From Candidatus Spyradenecus sp. (GTDB taxonomy: Bacteria; Verrucomicrobiota; Verrucomicrobiia; Opitutales; UBA953), in the NCBI GenBank assembly GCA_045535075.1, contig JAZSKX010000014.1, positions 174,373 through 238,372 of the forward strand: a DNA stretch of 64,000 nt, given 5' to 3'. Below the pieces are notes generated by a model. That model was given only the letters and a program-made list of their open reading frames with translations, did no database searches and was not told the origin of the DNA. The position numbers and the translations under genes were made by a program. Below are positions 49,113-57,781 of the stretch, piece by piece. Numbering within the stretch: the first letter of the stretch is position 1; each line of letters opens with the position of its first letter.

Positions 49113-50345
49113 TTATATGGTCGCAAGCTTCCTTTCAATTTTCTTACAAATGCGTAATAAAAATTTGAGTATCGCTGCTGATTCTCGTGTTAGAGGTTCA
49201 CGAATTCTTATTTGTTGTTGAAGTTCTGCCGTAACGAGTGCTTGGGTCAAATACATATGACACATCCCATGATCCCGCAAAGAAGTATGTCCTCTAATCG
49301 CATAGTTCATTCCGTAACATGTAGGACACCAGTGACGTATGGGACATCCTACGCACGTGGGATCTTCACGTGCACTTTCTTGAGTCAAATCAACTTCAGA
49401 AAGGGGCATGTTCTTTTCCCCTACGGTCAACGGCGTAAACATTTGGCAAGCGTAGGTTCGACCATCGACATCGTAGCAAGTGCAACGTGTTCCGCTCCCG
49501 CAAGCTACTACACCGCTTATGTCGGCATCTTCCCCCCCCTTGAAAAACCGATCGAGTAATGTGAGTGGTAGATTCTGATCTGCTAAAAATGCATTTTTTA
49601 ACTTGCGACACTCTTCCAAAAAGAGAGAAGCACATTCTCTTGGCCAGTAAATACCTCCTGCAAGTTCTGCCCGAATACGAAACCCTTGTCGTAATGCGGT
49701 CAAAATCGTTTCAGATAAATTTACAATGGAATCCGGTGGGATTGTCATTCGGAAAGCCTGAGACGGCCAAGTTTTTCGGCAGAAATCAACAGCACTTTCA
49801 TTCCGCATTCCCCGATTACGAAGTTGCGACTCTTTTGAGCCATCATAGCTAACACCATAGAAAACGATGTCCCGATTAGCCAATAACCATACTTTAATCT
49901 CATCTGTCAGCAGAGTTCCGTTCGAGGAGATAGTGAAATGCACATTTACGTCTTTCACATTATCTCGGACCCACTGGACTAAGAGACGTATCACATCGAA
50001 ATTGAGTAGTGGCTCCCCTCCAAACAAATCAACTGATAACCACGTGTATTTGGAACTCTCTCGAACAAAATCAAGTTGCTCGTTTAGACAGCGTAGAGCT
50101 GTCCGGAATGTCATTTTTCGAGATGTTTTGAACTTTTCATAACAATAAATACAACGTAGATTGCAGTTGTGCGTTAAGATTAGCATGCACATTTTAGCAG
50201 TCCGCGCATTGCGTCCTGTTTCAATAGCTACAATACTGGCAACTTCGTGTGGAACGGTCTTTGTGTTTACACAATCGCTTTCTGCTAACATGGGGGCATC
50301 CGTTCTATCTGCACAATTCAAGGCAAGTGTTGTGCGTTGTGCCAT
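49113..50345 (-). CDS. radical SAM/SPASM-domain enzyme (paralog 1)
   Basis: CNLRCIYCYE, GGEPLL, and CGSGTRCTCYDVDGRTYAC...CVGCPIRHWCPTC. It aligns by eye with paralog 2 along its whole length. An internal start at 50291 (MLAESD) is possible. Confidence 0.8.
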   Translation of the reverse strand: MAQRTTLALNCADRTDAPMLAESDCVNTKTVPHEVASIVAIETGRNARTAKMCMLILTHNCNLRCIYCYEKFKTSRKMTFRTALRCLNEQLDFVRESSKYTWLSVDLFGGEPLLNFDVIRLLVQWVRDNVKDVNVHFTISSNGTLLTDEIKVWLLANRDIVFYGVSYDGSKESQLRNRGMRNESAVDFCRKTWPSQAFRMTIPPDSIVNLSETILTALRQGFRIRAELAGGIYWPRECASLFLEECRKLKNAFLADQNLPLTLLDRFFKGGEDADISGVVACGSGTRCTCYDVDGRTYACQMFTPLTVGEKNMPLSEVDLTQESAREDPTCVGCPIRHWCPTCYGMNYAIRGHTSLRDHGMCHMYLTQALVTAELQQQIRIREPLTRESAAILKFLLRICKKIERKLATI

Positions 50346-50347
50346 TT

Positions 50348-52783
50348 CTACCTTTGACGGCGTCTGCGGGAAGCGACGAGTGCTAAAATGCCCCCGCCCG
50401 CCAGCAATCCGAACATCGACGGTTCTGGAATTGCCGACGCTGTGACTGCGTAGCTCGAAAAATCGGCCGTAATGAAGCTGAGCGTTCCCGCAATTTCGTC
50501 ATAGGAAATGTTTCTGACAATATTTGTGTAATCTTCCCATTCGGCATCATCGCTATCTGCTTTGTGGAATATTTTAATCGTTGATGCATCGCGATACTGA
50601 CCGACATTGAGGACAACGAGTACGTCCGACTTCCCTGCGCCTTCACCGTTTTCAACGTCGAAAGACCACGCAGCTAAAGTTTCGTCGTCGAGGTTTCCCG
50701 TATTGATAACCACCGATGATGCATCCAGTTCTTTTGCCGCGTTGATGATAACACTTTCCGCTGCCGCAGAAAGCGTTACTGCCGACGATTTCGCTGAAAT
50801 TTCCAAAGATGTTCCCGCGGAAAGCTCTTGCGGCGCGTCAATATCTCCGACAACAATGTTCGTTGCTCCCGCCGTGAAAACGCCGTCTGCATAAGTTCCG
50901 CCGAAAGCGATAACAGCCCCGGAAGCGTGGATCGCATTTCCCGCACGATTGACAAAAACATTCACGGAATCGCCGGATTCTAAATTTCCTCTCAAGAAGA
51001 CAAGCACACCATCGTTCACAAGCGTTTCTGTAATTTGGGCGCACTTTTTATGATTAACGGTGAATGTAACCTCTGCTCCGTCGGAAATTGTCATCTTGGA
51101 AAATTGATTTGATGAGTTTTCAAAAAATACTTGAGTATTTGGACCTGATATATCGAGGATTGAGCCTGTGTTTATTGCGCCCTCCCTGAAAAATACCGTT
51201 GCGTTGTCCGAAATATAAGTGGTTGCAACAATTCCTCCTCCAAAATCGTATATCCCTTTGCCGCATATTTCTACTATTTTAGCCTGGATATCATTTGAAA
51301 CGCCGCCGGCAGAATTGTTTCTAAAAAACATTTCTCCTGCTAAGAGCCTGATTCTCTGGTCTGCACATATTGCTCCCCCTTTCTCTAATGCGATATTATT
51401 CAAAAAGCGATTTTTCCCCGAAATAGTCGCGATATCGTTGTTTATACTTATTGCTCCTCCGTTTTTACCAGATTTGTTTTGTTCAAATACATTATTGCCG
51501 TCAATTTGGTTGTATTTATTACTAGAAGTTACATGGATCGCCCCTCCATTCCAAGTGGCTGAATTTCCTTTGAATATATTTTTCCCTGAAATGCTGAGAG
51601 AGCCATCGCCAGTCCAAATTCCGGCGGCGATAGCACCTCCACTTTGGGAGGAGAAATTATTTTCGAATGTATTTTCTCCGGAAAGAGAAATATTACCCCA
51701 CGCGAATATAGCACCGCCACCATTATCACCTCTGCAGGAATTGTTTCGAAACGTATTTTTCCCTGATAGAGAAATTTTGAGTCTCGAATGAATTGCACCT
51801 CCGTCTCCGTCTGCGCAGTTGCCAATAAAAATGTTTGTACTGTTGGTATCAGAGGTGATAGATCCTCCATATCCCTCAATAGCACCTCCGCTTGCGGCAG
51901 AGCAATTTTCTTCAAACCAATTCTCCCCTGAAATAGACACCGTTCCACTAATTGCACCTCCGCCTCCGGCTCCGTATCCCTTTGAAGAATTCTTTTTGAA
52001 CACATTTTTTCCTGACAATATTGTTTTTTTCCCACTAATCGCTCCTCCACCTGATTCTGCCGAATTCCCTTCAAATTTATTCTCTCCCAAAATAGTGATA
52101 TTGCCGCCTGAAATAATGGCTCCCCCCTGATACGACGATATATTCTCGGAAAAGTTATTCTTTCCGCTGATTGTCAAATCGTTTTGTACGAATAATGCTC
52201 CTCCAGAATCCTGAGAGGTGTTTTTCGAAAACAAGTTGTTACCATCAATGCTCATTTGTCCGGACGAATAAATGCCCCCCCCTGATCGCTCCGCTGAATT
52301 TTCAGTGAATGTGTTCGACCCAAACAATACGATGTCGTTTCCGTAGATGGCACCTCCTGAATAAGCTGAGTTTTTAGAGAAAATGGTAGATTCTCCGGAA
52401 AAGTTCAATCTCTCCGATCGAATAGCTCCTCCTCCCGACGAAGTCGCTCCGGAGCTAAAAATTACATCCGAAGTTTGAAGATTTAAAATCCCGTCAAACA
52501 ATCTTCCGTTGTCCAATGTGATTTTTCTTTGACTCCCTTGGATATTTGATTGAATTGATAAACTTGAGATGACCTGTTCTGTATTTTCGGTTACATCAGA
52601 CGAAATAGTAACAGTTTTGCCGTTTAGGGTATCCCCGGACTTGATAAGCAGATTGTAAACTTCAGAAATTGTATTACCTACTACCGTGTTTCCGTCATTA
52701 GTTGAAGTGTAAATAGAGGCGACGCTAGAGCTTTGAGCTGCAACCAAAAATAGGAGGGAAATGGAAATAAAAGGAAATTTCAT
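50348..52783 (-). CDS. PEP-CTERM-anchored surface protein with Pmp-type (FxxN/GGAI) repeats
   Basis: Signal peptide, and about 14 units of ~25 aa such as FSKNSAYSGGAIY, FTENSAERSGGGIY and FEGNSAESGGGAI. The C-terminus is IPEPSMFGLLAGGGILALVASRRRRQR. Confidence 0.8.
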   Translation of the reverse strand: MKFPFISISLLFLVAAQSSSVASIYTSTNDGNTVVGNTISEVYNLLIKSGDTLNGKTVTISSDVTENTEQVISSLSIQSNIQGSQRKITLDNGRLFDGILNLQTSDVIFSSGATSSGGGAIRSERLNFSGESTIFSKNSAYSGGAIYGNDIVLFGSNTFTENSAERSGGGIYSSGQMSIDGNNLFSKNTSQDSGGALFVQNDLTISGKNNFSENISSYQGGAIISGGNITILGENKFEGNSAESGGGAISGKKTILSGKNVFKKNSSKGYGAGGGGAISGTVSISGENWFEENCSAASGGAIEGYGGSITSDTNSTNIFIGNCADGDGGAIHSRLKISLSGKNTFRNNSCRGDNGGGAIFAWGNISLSGENTFENNFSSQSGGAIAAGIWTGDGSLSISGKNIFKGNSATWNGGAIHVTSSNKYNQIDGNNVFEQNKSGKNGGAISINNDIATISGKNRFLNNIALEKGGAICADQRIRLLAGEMFFRNNSAGGVSNDIQAKIVEICGKGIYDFGGGIVATTYISDNATVFFREGAINTGSILDISGPNTQVFFENSSNQFSKMTISDGAEVTFTVNHKKCAQITETLVNDGVLVFLRGNLESGDSVNVFVNRAGNAIHASGAVIAFGGTYADGVFTAGATNIVVGDIDAPQELSAGTSLEISAKSSAVTLSAAAESVIINAAKELDASSVVINTGNLDDETLAAWSFDVENGEGAGKSDVLVVLNVGQYRDASTIKIFHKADSDDAEWEDYTNIVRNISYDEIAGTLSFITADFSSYAVTASAIPEPSMFGLLAGGGILALVASRRRRQR

Positions 52784-52819
52784 GATAATCAGTTTTAGAG
52801 GTGATAGAAAAACGGAGTT

Positions 52820-53560
52820 TTACTTCCGGCGACGGCGGGAAGCGACGAAGGCAAGCGTGCCAAGCCCGGCAAGGAGACCGAACATCGACGGTTCCGGGAT
52901 CGAATGCATCGAAACGCTGTGGATGAGCCCGTTTGTGCGGTATTGCGTGTTGAGGTCTCCACCAAGCGCAAACTTGCTAATGGTTCCCGAGAAATTCCCG
53001 ACAAGCGTTCCCGAAGCCGTTTCAACTCCGTTTACTGTAATTGAAACCGCGTTGCCTATTTTCGTGAGGGAGAACGCATAATATTGGTTGGGAGTAACGG
53101 CAATAATACCGGAAGAATTCGTTTGTATGTCTCCGTAGAGGGAAACACGATTCGCATTTTCGGAGTCGGGGCCAAAGCTCAATTTGATGTCGGAGACTTC
53201 TCCGGTTGTTGCGTTGGTTGCGGTCCCGCCGATTTCAGCGAAGAGTGTTTTGGCGTACGAACTTGCATAAATCTTTTCCCCGAGGGTGATATTAACGGTA
53301 AACACAAAATCGTCAGACCAATCGCCGAAATTACCCGTGAAACTCGGACGTTTATTACTTGCGGCAATTGCTCCTCCGATTTGCGCTCCCGTATATTGAT
53401 TGATGGATGCCTTTTCAATTTCAAGGTTTCCTTGGGCGGAGTAGAAATTCTCATATTCGATTCCGAAGTTAATGCTCCAAGCCCAATCGCCGGTAGCGTA
53501 AAGAGGTATGCCGGAAAAGCTTGTCGCAAGAAGTGTAGTAAGAATGATTTGTTTTTTCAT
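52820..53560 (-). CDS. PEP-CTERM-anchored secreted protein (lectin/LamG-like beta-sandwich suspected)
   Basis: Signal peptide MKKQIILTTLLATSFSG. The C-terminus is IPEPSMFGLLAGLGTLAFVASRRRRK. Confidence 0.7.
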   Translation of the reverse strand: MKKQIILTTLLATSFSGIPLYATGDWAWSINFGIEYENFYSAQGNLEIEKASINQYTGAQIGGAIAASNKRPSFTGNFGDWSDDFVFTVNITLGEKIYASSYAKTLFAEIGGTATNATTGEVSDIKLSFGPDSENANRVSLYGDIQTNSSGIIAVTPNQYYAFSLTKIGNAVSITVNGVETASGTLVGNFSGTISKFALGGDLNTQYRTNGLIHSVSMHSIPEPSMFGLLAGLGTLAFVASRRRRK

Positions 53561-53643
53561 AGATGATAGATCTTTTAGTGTTAAAAATATTTCCGTAGAA
53601 CAATCGGTTTACCCGATGTTATAAGAATTTTTCCTAAAAAGTA

Positions 53644-53896
53644 GCGCTTTGGAAAAACGTCGGGCTTTCCTCTCAAGAACCGCGGAATACACGGAAAGCA
53701 CGGAAATCGTTAAGCGCAAAAATTACAAAATTCCTCTCAAAGAACTGCGTAAGAAAAAACTCAAACACAACTCAAAATAAACATTCTTTATCTGTGTTTA
53801 TCTGCGCAATCTGCGTGTTTTTCTTGCTTCCGTGAAATTCCGTGTTTTCCGTGATAAAAAAAGTAATTTTTTGTTGCCGACGCTTTTCCAAACCGC
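53644..53896. repeat. 253-bp inverted-repeat element with internal iteron-like repeats
   Basis: The outer inverted repeat is GCGCTTTGGAAAAACGTCGG (53644-63) against CCGACGCTTTTCCAAACCGC (53877-96). There are 3x C(A/G)CGGAA at 53681, 53690 and 53699, mirrored by 3x TTCCGTG at 53828, 53838 and 53847. There are also 3x ATCTG(T/C)G at 53790, 53800 and 53809. Confidence 0.5.
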
Positions 53897-54060
53897 AGTT
53901 TTTACTTAAAGGTCGTTGCAGTGCAACTGAAAACCGAGCTCAAGAACTCCGAGGAGCTCTTCCTTTCTCGGGTTGTTTTATTCCCTTCATATGATGTCGT
54001 AAGACGGATGTGTTTCTCTGTTTTATTTAACTTTTTCTGGATCGGTGTCTGGTGTAGAGT

Positions 54061-56661
54061 GTGAGCATGAATTTGTTCGTGCTTGTGTTCGTATTGGGGA
54101 TTTACCTCTTCCCGAGCGTTTTGGTTTACCTCATACTCGCGGGGAAAATCAGGAGTTTGGAGGGAACTGTCCGCCTCCTTCTCGAAAATCGTAAGTTGCG
54201 GGAAAAATCACCGGACACTGTTTGCCCGAAGCCAAGTGTAACGCCGCCCGAATCTCCCGAAAACAACGCGCCCCAAACGCCTCGCGGGAACGTTGCTCCG
54301 AAGCCTTCCGCCGTTCCTCCCGGACAGGATTTTCGCGGGAACGAAGTTTCGCCGCCGCCCGTGCCGATTCCCGCGATGAGCGATCCTGCGATTCCGCTTG
54401 TAGAGAAATTGCGGGAATGGAAAATCCTGCCGCCGGAAAACATGTCGCTTGAAATTGCCGTTATGCAGTGGTGGGCTCCGCGCATCGGCGGAGTATTGGC
54501 ATTGCTTGCGCTGATATTTTTCGGTGTTTGGGCGTCGCAGTTTTCGTCTCCGCTGATCAAGGTCTTGGAAATGGCTGCGGTCGCCGTCGGCATTGCCGGC
54601 TTCGGCTTGTATCTGAACCGACATGAGAAAAACTCATTGGGAGATTCGTTGACCGCCACGGGAACGACGATGTTTTATCTGGTTGCGCTCGCGGCGGGGA
54701 CGTTCCCGTCGACAAAAATTTTTGACAGCATTCCGGTCGCGTTACTTGTTCAAATCCTTGCGATTGTGCCGACGATTTTGCTCGGGCGGGGGAAATTTAT
54801 TCCGATGCTCCTGTCGCTTGTTTTTGCGTTCGTGAGCGCACTTTTTGCCGTACTCAACGGCGCGGGAACGGCAGCGCTGGCGACTTCTTTGCTGGCTTAC
54901 ATTGTTGCCGCGTGGTTTTGCGCAAAGAAAAATACACTGGGACTTTTGTTGGCGGGAGCGATCGGTGCTTTTTTGCCGCTTTGGACGATCGTTCACCCGG
55001 AAATCAGTCCGGAAGTTTATGAGTCGCTTATAACAGAAAGTAATGAAACTCATTCGGTTGTCGCAATGCTCCTCGGAGCTACGAGTCTGGGCGTTTATCT
55101 GACTTTTTTTGTGATAGGAATTGTTATTCCCAATTGCGTCCTTCTTAAAACACGAAACACGAGCGTATTCGGAAAATTTATTTATGCGGTCGGCTCGATT
55201 CATGCGTTAGTCGCAACGGCGCTTGTCATGGAAAGATTCCGATTCCTTTTGACCTCGGTTCGGCTTTGCCCGGATTCGCCCGATATCATTTTCGCTTTGT
55301 TTTTTACGGCGGCAACGCTCGTGTTCCTGAGTGCGGCGCGGCTTGCATTTTGTCGTTTTCGAGAGAATAAATTTCTTTTCGAATTCAATTTTGTCGCGGG
55401 AACGCTGGCACTTTCCGCCGCAATTATCGCATGGATTCCGTCTTCCGGGAAAAACGTTCTGTTTTACGCGATGCTCGCTCAGGCGCTTCTCCTCGCTTAT
55501 GCGGGGCGTTCGCTTAATACCAAATGGACTCTGATTTCGCTTATCGCCTGTCTTGGCCTTTCAATCGGAGCGAGCACGGATTGCACACTACTTGAAGCCT
55601 GCTTGCGTGCGGCGGTAACACTAATCGCCGTTGCCTGGTTTTTCGGAAATAAAAAGCAATGGCAGAGCGAATTCCCTCGGATAATTGCGCTTGTCGTTTG
55701 CGCGGGAGCGGGAATTTTATCCGCTTTGACTCTTTATGACGCATCGCTCGCCTTGACGAATTTGACGGTAGTCTGCATCGTTTTCCCTTTGTCTTGCTTG
55801 GCGGTTTTGACGGCGGGAACGCTTTTGCCGCATTTTACGAAAAAACCGTTTTTGTGGAGTGCCGCAACCTGGGGCGCGCTCATTCTTTGCTGTGCCGCCG
55901 GAGACGTTTTTATCGAAAAACTCACGTTTAGTTATTGGCTTGTTGCCGGCGTAATCGTCGTCGTGCTCGCCGTTCCCGCGCTGCGGTATTTTATCAAAAA
56001 CGAAAAAATCGGTTCTGCCGCAGAACTTAGTCTTAGCGTTCCGATTTTGATTTGCCTCACGGGAATTCTATTTTTACGGAATCATTTTCATCTTGCCGGA
56101 TTTGCGTTTCTCCTGCCTTTGGTTGCGTTGTTCGCGGGAACGCCGTGGCGAAAAAATTCCGCGATTCTTCCGCTTGCGCGTCGCGGTGCGGAGGCATCGG
56201 CGTTGCCCTTGCTTGCAGTTATCTTTTTCCTTGTCGACAGCGCGATTCTAAAAGAACAGCTACGTTCTCCGATTGTTCCCGTCGCGTTGGCGCTTTACGT
56301 CTTTCTGCCGTTTTGTTTTTCTGCGATGCGCCAGCTTCTGCGGGAACGCCCGTGGTTTGCGGTTGCGGCGAGTGTCTCGGGAACACTTTGCCTGTTGTAT
56401 TGGGGAGATGTCTCGTTCCCGCGTTTTTTAACGGCGGAAGGAGTAATCATCGCAATCGCTTTGATATTTGCCGGTTTGCTTGCTCGCGTTTCTTCCGTAC
56501 GTATTGTCGGGATAATATTGCTTGCGGGAATGCTTTTACGCCTGTTCCTCTGCGATATCAGCGATACGATTTGGCGCATCGTTGCCTTTGCTTCGGTCGC
56601 TGCGGCGCTCTTCCTAATTGGCTTCCTTTATCAGCGGCTTTCAAAAATTATCGAAAAATAA
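54061..56661 (+). CDS. large polytopic membrane protein (DUF2339-like)
   Basis: One N-terminal TM helix, a short coiled segment, a Pro-rich linker, then more than 20 TM helices. This is the layout I associate with DUF2339. Confidence 0.6.
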   Translation: MSMNLFVLVFVLGIYLFPSVLVYLILAGKIRSLEGTVRLLLENRKLREKSPDTVCPKPSVTPPESPENNAPQTPRGNVAPKPSAVPPGQDFRGNEVSPPPVPIPAMSDPAIPLVEKLREWKILPPENMSLEIAVMQWWAPRIGGVLALLALIFFGVWASQFSSPLIKVLEMAAVAVGIAGFGLYLNRHEKNSLGDSLTATGTTMFYLVALAAGTFPSTKIFDSIPVALLVQILAIVPTILLGRGKFIPMLLSLVFAFVSALFAVLNGAGTAALATSLLAYIVAAWFCAKKNTLGLLLAGAIGAFLPLWTIVHPEISPEVYESLITESNETHSVVAMLLGATSLGVYLTFFVIGIVIPNCVLLKTRNTSVFGKFIYAVGSIHALVATALVMERFRFLLTSVRLCPDSPDIIFALFFTAATLVFLSAARLAFCRFRENKFLFEFNFVAGTLALSAAIIAWIPSSGKNVLFYAMLAQALLLAYAGRSLNTKWTLISLIACLGLSIGASTDCTLLEACLRAAVTLIAVAWFFGNKKQWQSEFPRIIALVVCAGAGILSALTLYDASLALTNLTVVCIVFPLSCLAVLTAGTLLPHFTKKPFLWSAATWGALILCCAAGDVFIEKLTFSYWLVAGVIVVVLAVPALRYFIKNEKIGSAAELSLSVPILICLTGILFLRNHFHLAGFAFLLPLVALFAGTPWRKNSAILPLARRGAEASALPLLAVIFFLVDSAILKEQLRSPIVPVALALYVFLPFCFSAMRQLLRERPWFAVAASVSGTLCLLYWGDVSFPRFLTAEGVIIAIALIFAGLLARVSSVRIVGIILLAGMLLRLFLCDISDTIWRIVAFASVAAALFLIGFLYQRLSKIIEK

Positions 56662-56735
56662 CGCGTTCGTCTTTTTTACGAAAAAACGCGCTCTCTTGCG
56701 GGAGCGCGTTTGTGTTTCGTGAAACGGAATTCGGC

Positions 56736-57686
56736 TTAGTAGCCCTTAATTTTGAAAAGTCCGGTAACCGAGTTGTTGTTGTGAATGCGCGTAATTGCCT
56801 CACCGATAAGTTTCGCGACCGAGAGAATCGTAATCGGCAAACCGCGCGATTCCACGGGAACGGAATTTGTCGTGATAATTTCGTCCAGCGCTCCCGTTGC
56901 GAGGCGTTGGTAAGCAATTTCGTTGAGCATGCAGTGGCTGACAAGCGCACGAACGGATTTTGCACCGTTTTCGCGGAGCAGTTTCGCCGCAGAGCAGAGC
57001 GTTCCCGCAGTTTCCGTCATGTCGTCAACGAGGATAATATTGCGCCCTTCGACTTCGCCGACGAGGTTCGTCGATTGAACCGTTGTCGCGGAAACGCGGC
57101 GCTTGGCGACGAATCCGATCGGAAGGTCGAGCAGATTGGCGACGGCGCTTGCCGCTTTCATACCGCCGATGTCCGGAGAGAACACCGTGGCGTCTTTAAG
57201 GTACGGCTTGTCCTTGATGTAATCATAGAACACCGGCGAAGCAAAAAGATGGTCAACCGGAATGTCAAAAAATCCTTGAATCTGCTGGGCGTGCAGGTCG
57301 AGCGCGAGTACGCGGTTGGCGCCTGCGGCGGTGAGCAGGTTGGCGACGAGTTTTCCGGTGATCGGCACGCGCGGACGGTCTTTTCGGTCTTGGCGAGCGT
57401 AGCCGAAGAACGGAATAACGGCGGTGATACGCTTTGCCGATGCGCGTTTCATCGCGTCAATCATGATGAGCAATTCCATCAGGTGATTGTTGGCGGGGCA
57501 ACAGGTCGGTTGAATCGCAAAGACGTCGCAACCGCGGATGTTTTCCTTAATTTGGACAAACGTTTCGCCGTCCGGGAACGGAGTTACATCAGCTTCGCCG
57601 AGCGGCACACCGATCGTTTCGCAGATTTCCCGCGCGAGAGCCGGGTTCGCATTACCGGTAAAGATTTTCATGGGAGAGTCGGACAT
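56736..57686 (-). CDS. prs: ribose-phosphate pyrophosphokinase
   Basis: GNANPALAREI, DLHAQQIQGFFDIPVDHL and the ILVDDMTETAGTL PRPP loop. Confidence 0.9.
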   Translation of the reverse strand: MSDSPMKIFTGNANPALAREICETIGVPLGEADVTPFPDGETFVQIKENIRGCDVFAIQPTCCPANNHLMELLIMIDAMKRASAKRITAVIPFFGYARQDRKDRPRVPITGKLVANLLTAAGANRVLALDLHAQQIQGFFDIPVDHLFASPVFYDYIKDKPYLKDATVFSPDIGGMKAASAVANLLDLPIGFVAKRRVSATTVQSTNLVGEVEGRNIILVDDMTETAGTLCSAAKLLRENGAKSVRALVSHCMLNEIAYQRLATGALDEIITTNSVPVESRGLPITILSVAKLIGEAITRIHNNNSVTGLFKIKGY

Positions 57687-57781
57687 GGTGTTAAAAGGAA
57701 AGTCTGAATGAGTTAGGAAGTAAAAGCCATTTGCAAATTAAAGAACTGCGGGGAAGTTCCCGCAGCTCTTTATCGAAACGA

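Noticed and set aside
48872-49168. 98-aa plus-strand ORF in the gap between the rSAM genes
   Set aside because: It is on the opposite strand to the whole operon, S/P-rich and without features. It overlaps the minus-strand 47-aa Cys-rich ORF, which fits the operon orientation and rSAM context much better.
51219-52130. Overlapping ORFs in other frames within the Pmp-repeat gene (51219..51791 +, 51529..52074 -, 51819..52130 +)
   Set aside because: They are artefacts of the periodic repeat DNA. Only the 811-aa frame has a signal peptide, coherent repeats and a sorting signal.
47640-53560. Prophage, IS or integrative element explanation for the AT-richer island
   Set aside because: I could see no integrase, transposase, phage structural gene, flanking tRNA or terminal direct repeats. 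Horizontal origin remains plausible, but the mechanism is not visible.
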